Source of the DNA: Marsupella aquatica
Taxonomy: Eukaryota > Plantae > Marchantiophyta
Assembly (NCBI GenBank): GCA_973895155.1
Contig: OZ316895.1
Location: forward strand, 5,211,181 to 5,275,180
Reading direction: 5' to 3'
DNA length: 64,000 bases
A program made the position numbers and the translations under genes. The stretch's first letter is position 1, and each line of letters starts with the position of its first letter. Shown one piece after another: positions 10,850 to 23,583 of this stretch. The notes under the pieces are model-generated. The model was not told the DNA's origin. It worked only from the letters and a program-made list of their open reading frames with translations, and searched no databases.

Positions 10850-11260
10850 CTTTCAGTTCAAGTTGTGAAAGGATTTTTTGCCCATAATGATATGGTAATA
10901 GGACCTCAATACACTCAAAGGCGGCCCTAAGGAGATTTTTATTTTTACTAATTTAGTAAAACTAGAGGAGAAACTCACTAAGGAGGTGATCCAAATCTTG
11001 ACTTGGCCCTTGAAAATACAAAGAGAAAAGTCAGGATGGGCATTAACTAAAGAGGACTATGCTATATACTCAATGCCCTTCATGATTTTTCCCTTTCATA
11101 GTTTTCAGGACATGAATGCCTGGGTCCATATTTGTTGGAAGGTTCTCCTCTACTTTTACTAAGCTAGAAGGGATAAAGCTCTCCCTGGCTTAGTGTAATA
11201 AGGTCAAGTGTGCCAAGCACTAAGGGCAATAATAGCCCTTCACAACTAGAGCTGAAGCTC
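10850..11260. mobile_element. Degenerate fold-back / MITE-like element
   Basis: The arms pair along their length: ttcagttcaagttgtgaaagg (10853) with cccttcacaactagagctgaa (~11237-11257); ttagtaaaactagaggagaa (~10953) with ttctcctctacttttactaa (~11143); gggcatt with aatgccc near the centre at ~11055. Confidence 0.7.
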
Positions 11261-12009
11261 TTGTTTTTTGGGCATTATATCCCATAATGCACTCTAAACA
11301 GGACTTTGCTTTATGCACACACCACTTTGGACACTTTAGTTGTATAAATTACTGAAAAGGAACAAGAAGCGAGACATGATCCCAAAGGTGGGCCCCCAAT
11401 CAAGGGAAGGCAAGCACAAAGCCAAGAGGCCAGAGAAGCCAACCCAGGAGAGCCCAACAAAACAAACCAATAACCAGAGAACTACCTAAAACCAAACCAC
11501 AAGAAAACAAAACAAAAGAAAAGGAAAGAAAAGAAAAGAAAAATAAATTAAAAATAACCTACCTAAAACCTTACACTTTCCCTTTGAAAAAAATAATTTT
11601 AAAAAATTAACCTACCTAAAACCCTACACTTTCCCTTTGGTTTTCTACTGTAGTCAAATTAGATTGGGGAGACAGGTGTTATGAACATTTCATAATACAT
11701 AGACAGGGCTGGGGATGCGTTATGAGGATTCATGCTCAGACAGAAGGGCAAAATTGTCTCTATCACGTATCATGAAGTACCTTCAGATATTTACTCCTTC
11801 TGGTTCTGGAGTGAATGTGAGAGAGACTTGAACAGAAATCCGTAATTTAGGCTTTCCCAACAATGGTCTCTCTCTCGGCATGCAGTGGAATCGAACAAAG
11901 CAGTTTCTTCGGTTGCCTTCTCGCAGTTGTAGATTGATGGAGACAAACTACTTGCATTGTCTCGAGCAGGCCATTACACAATCCGAGGTCACAGACTGAG
12001 GCTCCGAGA

Positions 12010-15000
12010 ATGCTGACATTTTGTTCTTCTTTCAGATCATGCCTCAGCACGGCCATTCGAAGTGGAATGCGGACAGCGCATGAGAGTTTCACAGCCAACC
12101 ATGGGATTGGCGAGTTTCATGAGAAAGAATTAACATCTTTTTGTCTCAAACTTCTGAATAGAAGTCACGGGCTCTGTAGAATTTCTGCTTTAGATTTTTC
12201 CTGCAAGCGAACCGAGGCGAGTAATCCTGCTTGTTCAACTGGTAGGTCAGATGGAGCGGAATCGCTTCTCGAGAATTTTGAGAAGAAGTCTCCCCGTAGA
12301 CACTACACCAGCCCTAAACAATCATCCGCTTATCGCCCAAAAGCAGTCGGAGGTGATGATCTTACTCAACTTTTGCAAAAAAATCACGTTCTTATGTTTC
12401 TCCTAAAATGCGCCAAGGGTGGGTTCAGGTTTTAGGGTTTAGGGTTTAGGACTTGTTAGAGGAGCTCCGAGAGGACCTTCAGCTTCAAAACGAGTAGCTA
12501 CAGGTACCGTCATTCTCTGTGAACAATAATAGTGTAATTGCTAGAGAGGAAGCCGCATTTTGTTCTACCACTTAATATTCCCAAGACTGCGTTCTGCCAA
12601 TTGCTTATGGAAAAAACAGTTCTGGAGTGAAATTGAAGCTTGGAAGGGGACGTGAGTAACTTAGTTTGAAAGTGAATCAAATTCCCATAATTTTTTCTCA
12701 GAAGTTCCCACAAATGTCTGTTTTACGGAGTAAGTTTTGTGAATGAATTGTTGGCCTTGTTGAACCTGCAGCTGCAAATGCTCATAATTTACATCGTCAC
12801 GGCTGTAATCGAGAGTATTCGAATTTCGAAAGTTTGGATTCGAGTGGGCAAATTATAGAAGGGGCGGAACGAGCAGCAACAGAAATGGCTTGGAAGGATA
12901 TGTTGCTTTCTTCTCCAGGTTAGCACAAGATTTGCTGCCACCTCGATGATTTACAGTTTGTACGATTCCGACGATTTACTTTTGCGCGATTTAACTTGCC
13001 ATGTCCAATGTACGAGTTTGAACTGTCCAAGTGCATGTAACCAAGTCTAAGATATAATTTCTTGACGAGCTTTGTTGTTTTTGGCTGATCTGAATAACTG
13101 TGTCAGTTTTGGTTTCGCTTGATATTATAGGTGCCATTTCTGCTGACATCGAAACGCAACGTTTGTTCATTGCTGATACGAATCATCATCGAGTTATAAT
13201 TGCAGATGGAGATGGCAAAATTGTTGACTGTGTACGTGCTCCCAAGTCAAGATGTCCATCATGTTGAAAGCTATTGGCTTGTATGATTTGTGATTGTTTT
13301 CCGTTGTCTGCTCTAGCAGCGTGTCTTGATTTATTTTATGAATTTACCGTAGGTGGACTGACAACTCAACAAGCATTAGGCTTCCAATGTAAATTTCAAA
13401 AGTCTATGGGAGGTCTAGATTGAATTTAACTGCTCTGACTTCGGAACCAAATTGGAATTTTCTGCCATTTTAGATTGGTTCCTCTCCCGGCATGGAAGAC
13501 GGCACTTTTGAAACTGCACAGCTTTGCTACCCAGCATCTGCAGTATTTGAAGCAGATCGGAATTTTCTCTACATTGCCGATTCTGAGGTATTTTAGTGAT
13601 TAAACTCCCTCATATGGCTGCTTTCTTCCTCATACGTTCTAGAGGATGAATACGTAGGTTATCATTCTATTCCGGCCTCTGGGTTGGAGTCTATTGACAC
13701 AGGGGTTGGATTTGAACAATACGCGTCGGAGTCACCAAGACTCTGCCTAGAAAAGTTGTTCTTTAAGCTGCCACCTAAGATGATTCACATTGCGAAGAAC
13801 CAGTCTTAGCTTTCATACTGAGCAAATGAAAAACTCCTGAAGCACCTAGCCACGGGTTCCACTTCAAATATGTCTACATCTTACCGCCTTCTAATGCATT
13901 CTTTGTTAGGGCATACACAGAATCATGTCGTTCGGAGGGCAGATCTAAGCACGAGAACCTTGAGTACAATTAAACGCCCAAAGTTGAACAGTGAAAGCTC
14001 AATATGGGGAAGGTTTTCTAGGTGGATGGGAGTCTCTCAACCAGCTGAATCCGAAGAAGAGTCTGAGAAGGCAGAAAATTGTAGCATTTTGAGAAATCCA
14101 TGGCACTTGAAATTCACACAAGAAGGATTGATTCTTGTCGCTAGTCGCTGGTAAGCCTTGTTTCTGCCTTTTTATGCCCTGTTGCCAAAGTTATCCAGGT
14201 CTATCAGTGTGTGGTAATGCCACTCTAGGATACAGAATACCCGGTTTACTTCCAGAACATCCCTATGCAGCATTTGATGCACAGTGCTGAATTTCACATG
14301 GGTTGTAGAGGGTTCACTTGTTTACATTGCGAAGCTAGTGAAGGTGTTTTTGATATTGCTTGAACTCGGTATCCAACATGGTTACATTTTGGGAAAGTCC
14401 AGTTTTGCCAAATTCTAATTTCATTTATGTGAGGCTCAAGCCTAGTCTGTTATTTTGATAGTGGAAGTTTAATGTTTTGAGGTGGGGTTGCCATGTGAAT
14501 TCTAAGTGGATGGCACGAATCCCTTGTAATCGCTTGGACTCATTTTCTTAGGAAGACATAACTTGGCTTTCATTCTAACTTTTAGATATGACTTGGTTTT
14601 TTGGTTAGCTTTGAAAATATCTGTGCGTTGGATGCAACTTCGGGAGAGGTTACTGAATTTCGGTTTCAAGGTAGTATGAAGGTCACTAAAGTTTCCAGTA
14701 CAGACACTGTCTTACAGTTTATCCAATTCATGATTCTGAAATTTGAATAGAATTTGAATGCGATACGATTATGGGGCTTTTGCCTTTGGAGTCCACCATA
14801 TGTTTTCACATTTTTGGGTGGTCTGCGGATGGAGGCATGTCAAGATCATACTCTTTAAATAGCCGCTTGGCCAGATCTCAAGAGCGTACTTTCTTTATAT
14901 AGGGCCTTTTCTTTGCAAAGACATAATGTTGCTCTGCTTTGGCTGCGCCCTTGCTGTCAGACTCTGAAGTTGTATCGGAAGAATTCTGCAGACAGGCCAC

Positions 15001-17345
15001 TGATGTGAAAGAGATGGAAGATGTATATTCCCTTGTACTTCATGAAATGAAAGGAAATAAGTCAACAGTAGGAAATCCCTGGCAGATCAGTTCAGTAACG
15101 GATCTTGTCTCTCGGGTAGTAAGGCTGGACAACAAACTCTTTTTCGTAGACACAGGTGTGTAGTTCTTTGTCAATTCAAGAGTCTCCAGTAGTTCGTGTC
15201 GTTGTAGAAGTAAAGCATGACATACAGGATATTACTCTCAAGTAATTATTTATTCGAAGCAGAAAGTAGTTAATCTAGGAGTGGGATTGTATGAGTTGGA
15301 GCTTTCTTCAACTGAGTCATCTGTATCATAGTGTGAAGGTTCCCGGCGATGCATTTGTTAACCATGGGGACTTTTGCAGAGGGCCAGATGATTCGTAACT
15401 ATAACTTGGACACTGGAAGCCATGACACTCTTCATCTTTCCAATCTGGGCCTTCTCGGCTTACCTTATTGGTGGTCGCTGCCTTCACTGAGTATTCAAAG
15501 TCCCAACTTGTAAGATTCATCACTCAAACAGCGTTTCTTATCAATATCTCATCTGAAATTCATTGACTGAAACAGTACAAAAATCTCCAAGTGACAGTAT
15601 TTGTTTTACTATGCATCAATTAATTATATTGTCGTTCCACTGTAGGAATGCTCACAATAAATGCAAGACGTTAATTTCTCTGTATTTTCAGATTGAACGA
15701 GAGTGACAATTTGGCCCAGTCAACGGTGGGAGAGGCTGACAAGCTTGAGAATCCAATCCATATTCAACCAGGTAGTCAACGATGCACCTCTCATTGCAGG
15801 TTGTAAAGTATATGTTCACTAGGGGCTTGAGTCCTTACATAAATGAGGAAACATCCAGAGTAGTGCTTGAGATGTACAAGTGAATGACGCTTGTAGGGCT
15901 CTTCTTGTTTCTGTCGTAGCATAAGACTGTAGATTTTGTCTCTGTTTTCAACTGGTAAAGTCGCCGCAAGATAATCACTAGTTACAATGACTGTTTCATT
16001 TCTGAATTTTAACAACCTACAAACTTGCATGGAAGAGCAACCAGCTTCAATCAACTAGAGTTCTCAGTTTCACACTGCAAATACAGACTACAAAAAATGG
16101 CATACCAGAATACAATGTGAACACTAATAGATACGGAGACGAGAAATGCAAACTCAGTGGGTCAAGTTTAGCGGAACGTTACGTTTGTCAGTGGATCTCT
16201 TTTATGCCAGGGTGGTTGAGTTGTGTCACGAATGCTTGTGGAATCTTCCACTAGATTGACATTACTATTTGCGCTATGATTCAGGAAGGTGTCTTTTATG
16301 CATTTACCCTGTACTCCCAGGGGGAATGGTGGCTGCTTCTCCTATTGAGGATGGTTCAATTTGGCGGCAAGTAAAGGGGAGTGTTGTGGAATTGAGCATG
16401 TTGGGAGGCAGTCTAATATCACACAAGGTTATCATACAGTACCTACGGAACATTGACAGACTCTCGGCGTATTTGTTGAGCTTTGCTTATTTCTGACATC
16501 CCCTTAGTATCTTACTGTCATCGTCTGTAAATGATATGATTTTTCAGTTTGCACGACAAGAAAGTGGAAAGTTGTGTTGAAAAATGTCTAGGCCACCTTG
16601 ACTAGGAGACCTCAGAGCCACTTCTATGGAACAGAAGTTGTATGACCGTGAAGGGAGATATGTTATGTGAACTGCCTCTTGTCTTTAACTGATATTAAAC
16701 TTGTTATGTCGCAGATATCTAGTGCCCAACAATGGATTGATGACCTAGATGAGCTAGATGACCCCAATCCTGACACTCAGGAGACCGAGGAGCTAACACT
16801 TCCCCTCAAATCTGAGAGTGGAATCCCTTTTTACACTCTGTTAGACGCCAGCCTTGGAGCAGGCGAGGTAATTTCTCACCGCCATTTGTAGCCCATGTCT
16901 GGATGATGGAAATCTTCTTTGAAGAAGATGCAGCTTGATTTCTAGCAGCTTGTGTAAAAGGAGTAAGTCTAAACACCTATCTTGAAGACCCTTGGGCATG
17001 TCCTGACCTGGACCGACTAAAGCTTTGCTAGAACACCTTTAGAATAACACGTGGAAATACTTGCGTGGGTCTAAGATCACAGGGGGTCGTGTTCATTGGC
17101 CCACATAAAAGTGCATGAAGGTGTTTGGAGTCCTGATTTTGTGTAGACTGTGGTACGTGCAGGTTATTGTTGATGCAGTTTTATACCTCAGAGATGCTTA
17201 TCCCCTAGAGTCCAGGGCAGATTTTTCTGGTGCTGTGCAACGGAAGGACATAATTTATTTGAAGCACTTACAGGTTAAAGTCAGGCTAGAAATCGCAACT
17301 AGTGCTCCCGAAGAGAGAACCAAGCATATTTCTGTACTATTATGA
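12010..17345 (+). CDS. NHL-repeat (beta-propeller) protein, multi-exon; SOQ1/NHLRC2-related NHL family
   Basis: Exons read PG-AISADIETQRLFIADTNHHRVIIADGDGKIVDC (~13131-13231), IGSSPGMEDGTFETAQLCYPA..LYIADSE (~13473-13587) and NHVVRRADLSTRTL..LRNPWHL (13921-14150). Later exons run to TGA 17343-17345 with GT-AG introns. Start codon and first exons are approximate. Confidence 0.8.
12431..12450 (+). repeat. Short interstitial plant telomeric repeat / telo-box (TTTAGGG)n
   Basis: tttagggtttagggtttagg; related telo-box-like motifs at ~18280-18295 and 24001. Confidence 0.7.
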
Positions 17346-18467
17346 TTTCTGAAAGGAAGCATCAATTTTCTAGTCCAGGCATATTTGTTCCTTTGTAAAT
17401 ACTAATGTTAGCATTCTAAAACAAGGCGTCTCACTGTGTTGTACACGTTGCCCTTCGTTGTTTTTGTGCTCGTTTTTCTGTTGCCACATGAGTGAATCTC
17501 CTGACGGGTGTCTAATTTCAAGGACATGTATTTCAAAACCCCTGGAATCCCTGTGCATTTTGAAGCAGCTTCGCATTTCCTTTGAACTTGGCGCGAAAAG
17601 AATTTTGTTTGTTGATGCAATGCTGGGGTTGCATTTGTCGAATTGATTGCTTGTATCTCCCATTAGCCTTGATATCCTGGTCTCTAATAGGCGTAAAACA
17701 GCTCCCCCCCTTAAAGTGGGAAATTGCGCTAGTTTCCTATGTTGCATTGCTTGAATCCTGTGAAGGACAATCAGCCATATCTCAAAATGGATGCAACATT
17801 ACAAAGTAAAAGTCTAGACAAATGTTTAATTTTTCTAAAACCTTTCCAAGAAAATTAGTTCTGGGGGTCTGGTGTGTATGTGAATCCTTCTCGATTACAC
17901 AATAGGTCTCCTGTTGTGCCATACTGATACACAAGCTACACAACTTATCGAACATTTATTTTATAGTTTCACTAAACGATACACCACAGCACAAGAAGAC
18001 ACGGTGGTTTTCCCCCACAAAAGTTGGCTAGTCACTTACAAGTACAGTGGATGAAATAACTCTGCATTCCCACACAAAAGTTATCTTTGGACTGACCACC
18101 ATGTTCGACCACCTAAAAGGAGAAATGGAGCCAACACTTTTACACAACCAAAACATGTGAACGTTCATGCAAAGAAAATATGTCATTTAAGTGAATTATA
18201 ATGGTCCATGGGAGTTTAGATAGTCCATCCCGAACCTTGTCAAAAAGAAGGTAAAAAGGACCAGTTTTCTAAAACCCAAAACCCCAAAACCCTAAAAGGG
18301 TAAATTGGTCTAATAAGAGATACGAATTTCGCTGTTGAAAGGCAAGGAAGGGTTAGGGTTCAGGGTTGAATGAGCAAGAAGAACCGCAGGGTTTAGGGGT
18401 TTGGAGTCTCTGTCATCCATTGCCAATGACCTGATGGATTCTGTTCAAACCTTAAGTGTCAAGTTAC

Positions 18468-18950
18468 TCATCCTGAGAACTGAGAGCGAATTCCTTCAAG
18501 ATCCGTGATTATCACTGCAGAAGATTAGTGAGGAAGCGGATAGTCGTTGCACAGAAAGTGCTCACTTGGGTCATTCTCAGAACTCTCAACGCACTTTTGA
18601 TAGTGATTGTGACTGCAGAAGATTGTCTCTGTAGAAGAGGAGAGTCTTTGCAAATGAAGTGTGCATTTGGGTCATCCTGAGAAGTGTCAATGCACTTGAA
18701 TCCCAGCCGTGATTGTCAGTGCAGAAGATTTGTCACTGGACAAGAGGGGAGTCGTCGCAATGAATTCTGAGAACTGACAATGACCTTCAATTCCATCCGC
18801 GATTGTCACTCAGGATTGTCTCTGGAGAAGAGGAGAGTCGTCGCAAATGAAATGTTCATGTGGGTCATTCTGAGAACTGTCTATGACCTTCAATCCCATC
18901 ATTGATTGTCACTTCAAAAGATTTGGCATTAGAGACGAGGAGAGCCGTCG
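18468..18950 (+). repeat. Degenerate ~100-bp tandem repeat, about 5 units
   Basis: Recurrent tcat(c/t)ctgagaactg .. gattgtcactgcagaagatt .. gaggagagtcgtcgca, with units starting at ~18468, 18571, 18672, 18765 and 18865. Confidence 0.85.
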
Positions 18951-19096
18951 CATTCGAATTCTTGCACCACCGGAAGGGAGGGAGACCCAGTTCGCAGCCA
19001 TGAACGGCCGAGGCGGACATTCATGACATTGGGTTCGTGCAGCTGTGACAATCCCACATGCACAAGGTACGAGGTGCGATGACGGGTTGCGCGAAG

Positions 19097-22000
19097 ATGG
19101 TGTGTGTCTGTCAGCCGTCATTGGTTCTCTCCCGCTTCACTCCACCCGTCGCCGCGTCTCTTTCCAAGGTACCTGCCTTAGGGTTTCCGCTGTCAGCGAT
19201 GCCAAATGGATATTTTGTGAGGATTCGACCACTTAACCCTTAGCCCAATTGTCCTTAAGAACTCTATGCAGTTTTGCGTTTTCATCTATGAATTTAAAAC
19301 CCAGGGTAGGACTTGCATGGAGGACTAGACAGGAAATCAGGGGAGGACATTCACGCAGTCTGTTTTTTTCTTTCTTTCTTTCATAATCTTAAAATTTGAG
19401 TTGAGGACTAGACAGGAAATCTTTCAGCCATGCGGTATCCTTAGTAGCATGAACTAAAGATAAATCATGAAGTATATCTTTGATTTGTTTTCCTTTGGAA
19501 AGGCCTGAAGTCTGTGTTTGATATCTGCAGTTGCAATGGCGTGCACCAACGTACTGTGGTTTGCCACAGGTGAGAACTCAACCATACAATTCTCTATCGC
19601 CAAGAATGGCTGAATGGAAGGAGCTGCCCAGCGAAACTCCGGAAAGTCGTTTAATTCTTGTGGATGGGAAAGCATTAGTTTATCGAGCCTACTACAAAAT
19701 CTCTGGTAAGTTTTAGTCCCAGTTCGGGAACTTGTTGGCTTCTGATCAGATTTGTGTACTCACATCATGGTTACTCTTTTGCATCCCAGGGTGGGGAACA
19801 TATGACCAACGCTAGTCTCTAACTATTTGATTCAGAAAAGAATATGACAGCCACGGTTTGGTTCCCTTGTTGAATTTCCAATGAGGTATAGATGTCAATG
19901 GACAATAGACATACTATTGCTAGTTGGTATAAGATAGAGCTGAGAGAGTGCATTGCTGGTGAACAATGAAGGGTGCCAGACTACTCGCAATATAAATCCA
20001 GCCAAATAAATTTGCGGTATACATGAATCACTAATGTTTTATGGCAGGAGCTTCCTCTCTCTAAAGCCAAGATATATCATGGTTCCCTGAGGAAGATGAC
20101 GAGCGAAGATTTGCCTGAGAATTCATCCTGGGACTCAATTATGACAACTGTCGTCGCTTTGACAGAAGTGGGTGGCCTCCTGCCTGCCAGTTTTATTTTC
20201 GTACCCTAGTTTCTCCTATTGTGGTTTAATTTGTCCTAACCTTTCTTCACCCAGCGAGAGTTTATCATTATGTACATGATGTGTGTTGGCAGATATTGAG
20301 CCTGTTGGAGCTTCAGCCTTCTCATGCTGCGGTGAGTTTTGACTCACGCTCCGTTACAGTATCTGTTATCTTTGGACGTTGAACTGAAAGACAAAAGTTA
20401 TTTGGACACTAATCTGGATGACTCGGTGCTGTGCTTTTCGGGGAGCAACTCCAGGTGGTCTTCGATTTCCCAGGTATAGTGATATTTTCCATACAATTGT
20501 TTTACTCACTGAATGTAAGCACTCTTACTCGTGTGTTTTGAAATCTCCGTTGCAGTGTTTTAAGATACATCCCCAAGTCTATAAGTAAGGCAGAAGTGAC
20601 TCTTATGTCGATTATTTCTCTTAACCGAAGGTGTGTATAGCTATCTAGGATGAAAGGAGGTATGGCATATAGTGACACTGGGATGAAGCAGTCCTTCCTT
20701 ACGAGCATCTTCAGTTTCCAAGACTTAAGAGTGATAACTATGCAACACAAGAGATCACAAATCTGGGTGTTGCCTTGAATTTTATTAACTTTACAGGAAT
20801 CATTTGTTGTAGTCTATACTGGAGGAGGGTACGGGAATTCGTCACGAATGCCTTGGAACCAGTTTTGACACTTTTTGGGCAACGAATGCTGCAGAACCTC
20901 AATGAAATCCTGAAGTTTGATCATTGAGATACTGGGGATTTTGCAGGGTTAACGTTCAGGCATTATGCTTTTCCAGACTACAAGAGTCATCGTTCAGTAA
21001 CTCCTGACACAGTAAGACACGCAGTGAGGGATACCAAACATGCGCTCCTGGGAATGGGTGTAAAGGTTCTAGAGGTATGTTCCAGTCACTGCATAAATGT
21101 GAACCTTCTTATGGCTTTTGTCATTTATGCCCCTATTCTTACGCTTATCTTTGACAATTGCTAAGAGGAATTGTCTTTGATGGTCAACAGGTTCCTGGTG
21201 TAGAAGCAGATGATATTATTGGAACTCTTTCTCTACAAGCTGTGGACGCGGGGATGAAGGTGTGGTTTGTGATGTTGTGATGTTTCCTGTCCTTCCATCT
21301 TGACTTATTTCCTTGAAGCGAGTATGCATTTGCTCTGCACGTCCTTGTGATTTTGTGCCGTGAATTTTCACGAGTTCCAAGTCCTTTCGTATTGGCATAT
21401 CCAACCATCCATCCGGCTGAGGCCGTCTTGTTTTAGACACGAGTTTGTATACCCGTTGTACTCTTAATCCTAGCCTGTCTATCTCCTCAGGTAAGGGTGG
21501 CGTCACCAGACAAAGATTTTTTCCAAATACTTTCTCCTCAACTTCGACTTTTGCGATTTCGACCAAAGGGGTCTGGGTATTGATTTCTTTAGCTTTAACC
21601 TTTCTATCTGTCAGTCAGTATAGTGTTATGGGATGTGAACGGGCTCTTTGAATTTCAGAACACTCACCCACTTCTTACACCAAGACAATGGCTGCAATTT
21701 TCTGGTGAATGTTGTTTGTAGAGATTTTTGCCAAGGTTTTATGAAAGAGATGTTTGTAGTGTGATTTGGGTACAGATGTATGTAGTTGTCATTAATGGGA
21801 CTTTCGATACATTTAATTCACGCTGATTCAAGCTTCTCGGCTGTAAATTGTACGCTGATTTACTTTTCGCCTTTTCAATAGGTTCTTGTCGTTTGGTGTG
21901 GAGGAATTTAACGTAAGGTTTCCAGGTCTTCAAACCTCGCAGTTTGTTGACATGCAGGCATTGGTTGGAGATGTAGTTGACAATATTCCAGGTCGGTCAA

Positions 22001-23583
22001 AGATTCATTCCAAATGATCAGGCCAGTTGAATTTGGGACCAGAATCATCCTTTTGTGTTTCATATTGTGTGTAGCGTTTCGGTTTCCTTCTGCTATTTTA
22101 CACTCTGCACTTAGCGGTCTTCAAAAATAGGGTCTTTGATGGTTTATAAGTCACTCAACCAAAGTTTCTCTCAGAAATGGAATAGAACAGGACCATTGTA
22201 GACACCTTTCATCTTCCTGATGTTTAAGATAAGGTTCTCAGAGATTCTACGTTGTCGCAGGTGTGAGAGGGATTGGAGACGTAACTGCCAGGAAATTGAT
22301 TATTCAATTTGGTGAGTTTGCCCACTCGCCTCCCTCTTGTTATTCTGGCACAAAGAAGGTTGTGGTGAAGTTTGACTGATCGCATGTGAGGTTTGATTAC
22401 TCTTAGCTCAGAGTTAGAAGACTCTGTAATGCATTTGTCGTCTAGGAGTCCTCTGACTACTTCTGCTTGCTGAAGTAGTTATGTCTTGTAGTTGTACGCG
22501 GCAGTGTACTCGTATAACTTAGTACATACGAGGGTTCTCTACATATGAAGTCCAGCTTCGGGTTGTGGCTGTGTACGATAAAGATGACTTAGCTATAGGG
22601 TTTAACAAAGCGCATGAGCGAACATTCTGATTGTGAAATTCCCAAGGATACAATGTCCGTTCTTATCACCTAAAATGACATTAAAGGGCTTTGCAGGTAC
22701 GCTGGAAAATCTTCTTGATCTACGCAACAACATAGCTCAAACACGGGCTCGAAATGTGAGTGCTGATAGCTGCCTTCTTTTGTTGTTTCGGCCATAATGG
22801 CTCCAGTTCTATTTTCTTCGTTCTGCTTTCGAGTCATGCAACTATTGAAATAACCAGGAACTCCATATGCGTATTTTGACTCTGACTTTTGGTCAAAATA
22901 TGCTGTGATAATGCAGAGCTTATTGGAAGACAATGGCCAAGCTCTTCTCAGTAAATATTTGGTAAGGTTACTGTGTTATTTATCACAACTTGCGTTTAAC
23001 TGTAGATAATTACTTGTTTTCTTCTTACCCAGGTAATGTTTTGTTCGTGTTCACTTAGTTCTGGGAAGCATACTCTTGTCTTTGTTCAACTCTTTGTGCA
23101 AGTTGCCTTTCAGAGCGCAGCCGGAATGCCTGAAATAGTATGTTAAATAAGTTTGTCTTTGCTGCAGTTATTACTGAAGCTAAATATTCCAGAGTTTGCA
23201 ATTGGGTGCACTGTGCAAAATTTGAGCTGTCAGGAACCCGAGGTGAGCTATTGGAAAATAATTCATATAGTACGATTCGATCTGTGGTTCGATAAATGCG
23301 GTTTCTGTATCTGGCAAACAACTAGTGTATGTCAAAGAGGGAACTTTTTTGAACGTTGTCCTCTTTGCTAGAAACTTTTTACTCGAAGTTCACGGAAGCT
23401 GTTTAGGTTGTAGAGTTTCCTCGACTGAAGTTATCTTGTAGCTGATAAACTGGATACACTGTTAATTGGCAGGATGGAGGAAGATCTTTTTCTGGATTAA
23501 TACACGCATTTAGTGGAATTGTTGGCCGGGATGTTGGGATTGATATATTAGAGCGGACATTTGAGTATTGGAGAAAGTTATAG
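19097..23583 (+). CDS. Organellar 5'-3' exonuclease (Pol I N-terminal/FEN-like; OEX1-like), multi-exon
   Basis: Exons encode RLILVDGKALVYRAYYKI, PSHAAVVFD, TFRHYAFPDYKSHR..TPD, VPGVEADDIIGTL, VRVASPDKDFFQILSP, LVGDVVDNIPG-VRGIGDVTARKLIIQFG-TLENLL. The last exon ends YWRKL-TAG at 23581-23583. Start at 19097 (transit-peptide-like) is tentative. Confidence 0.88.
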
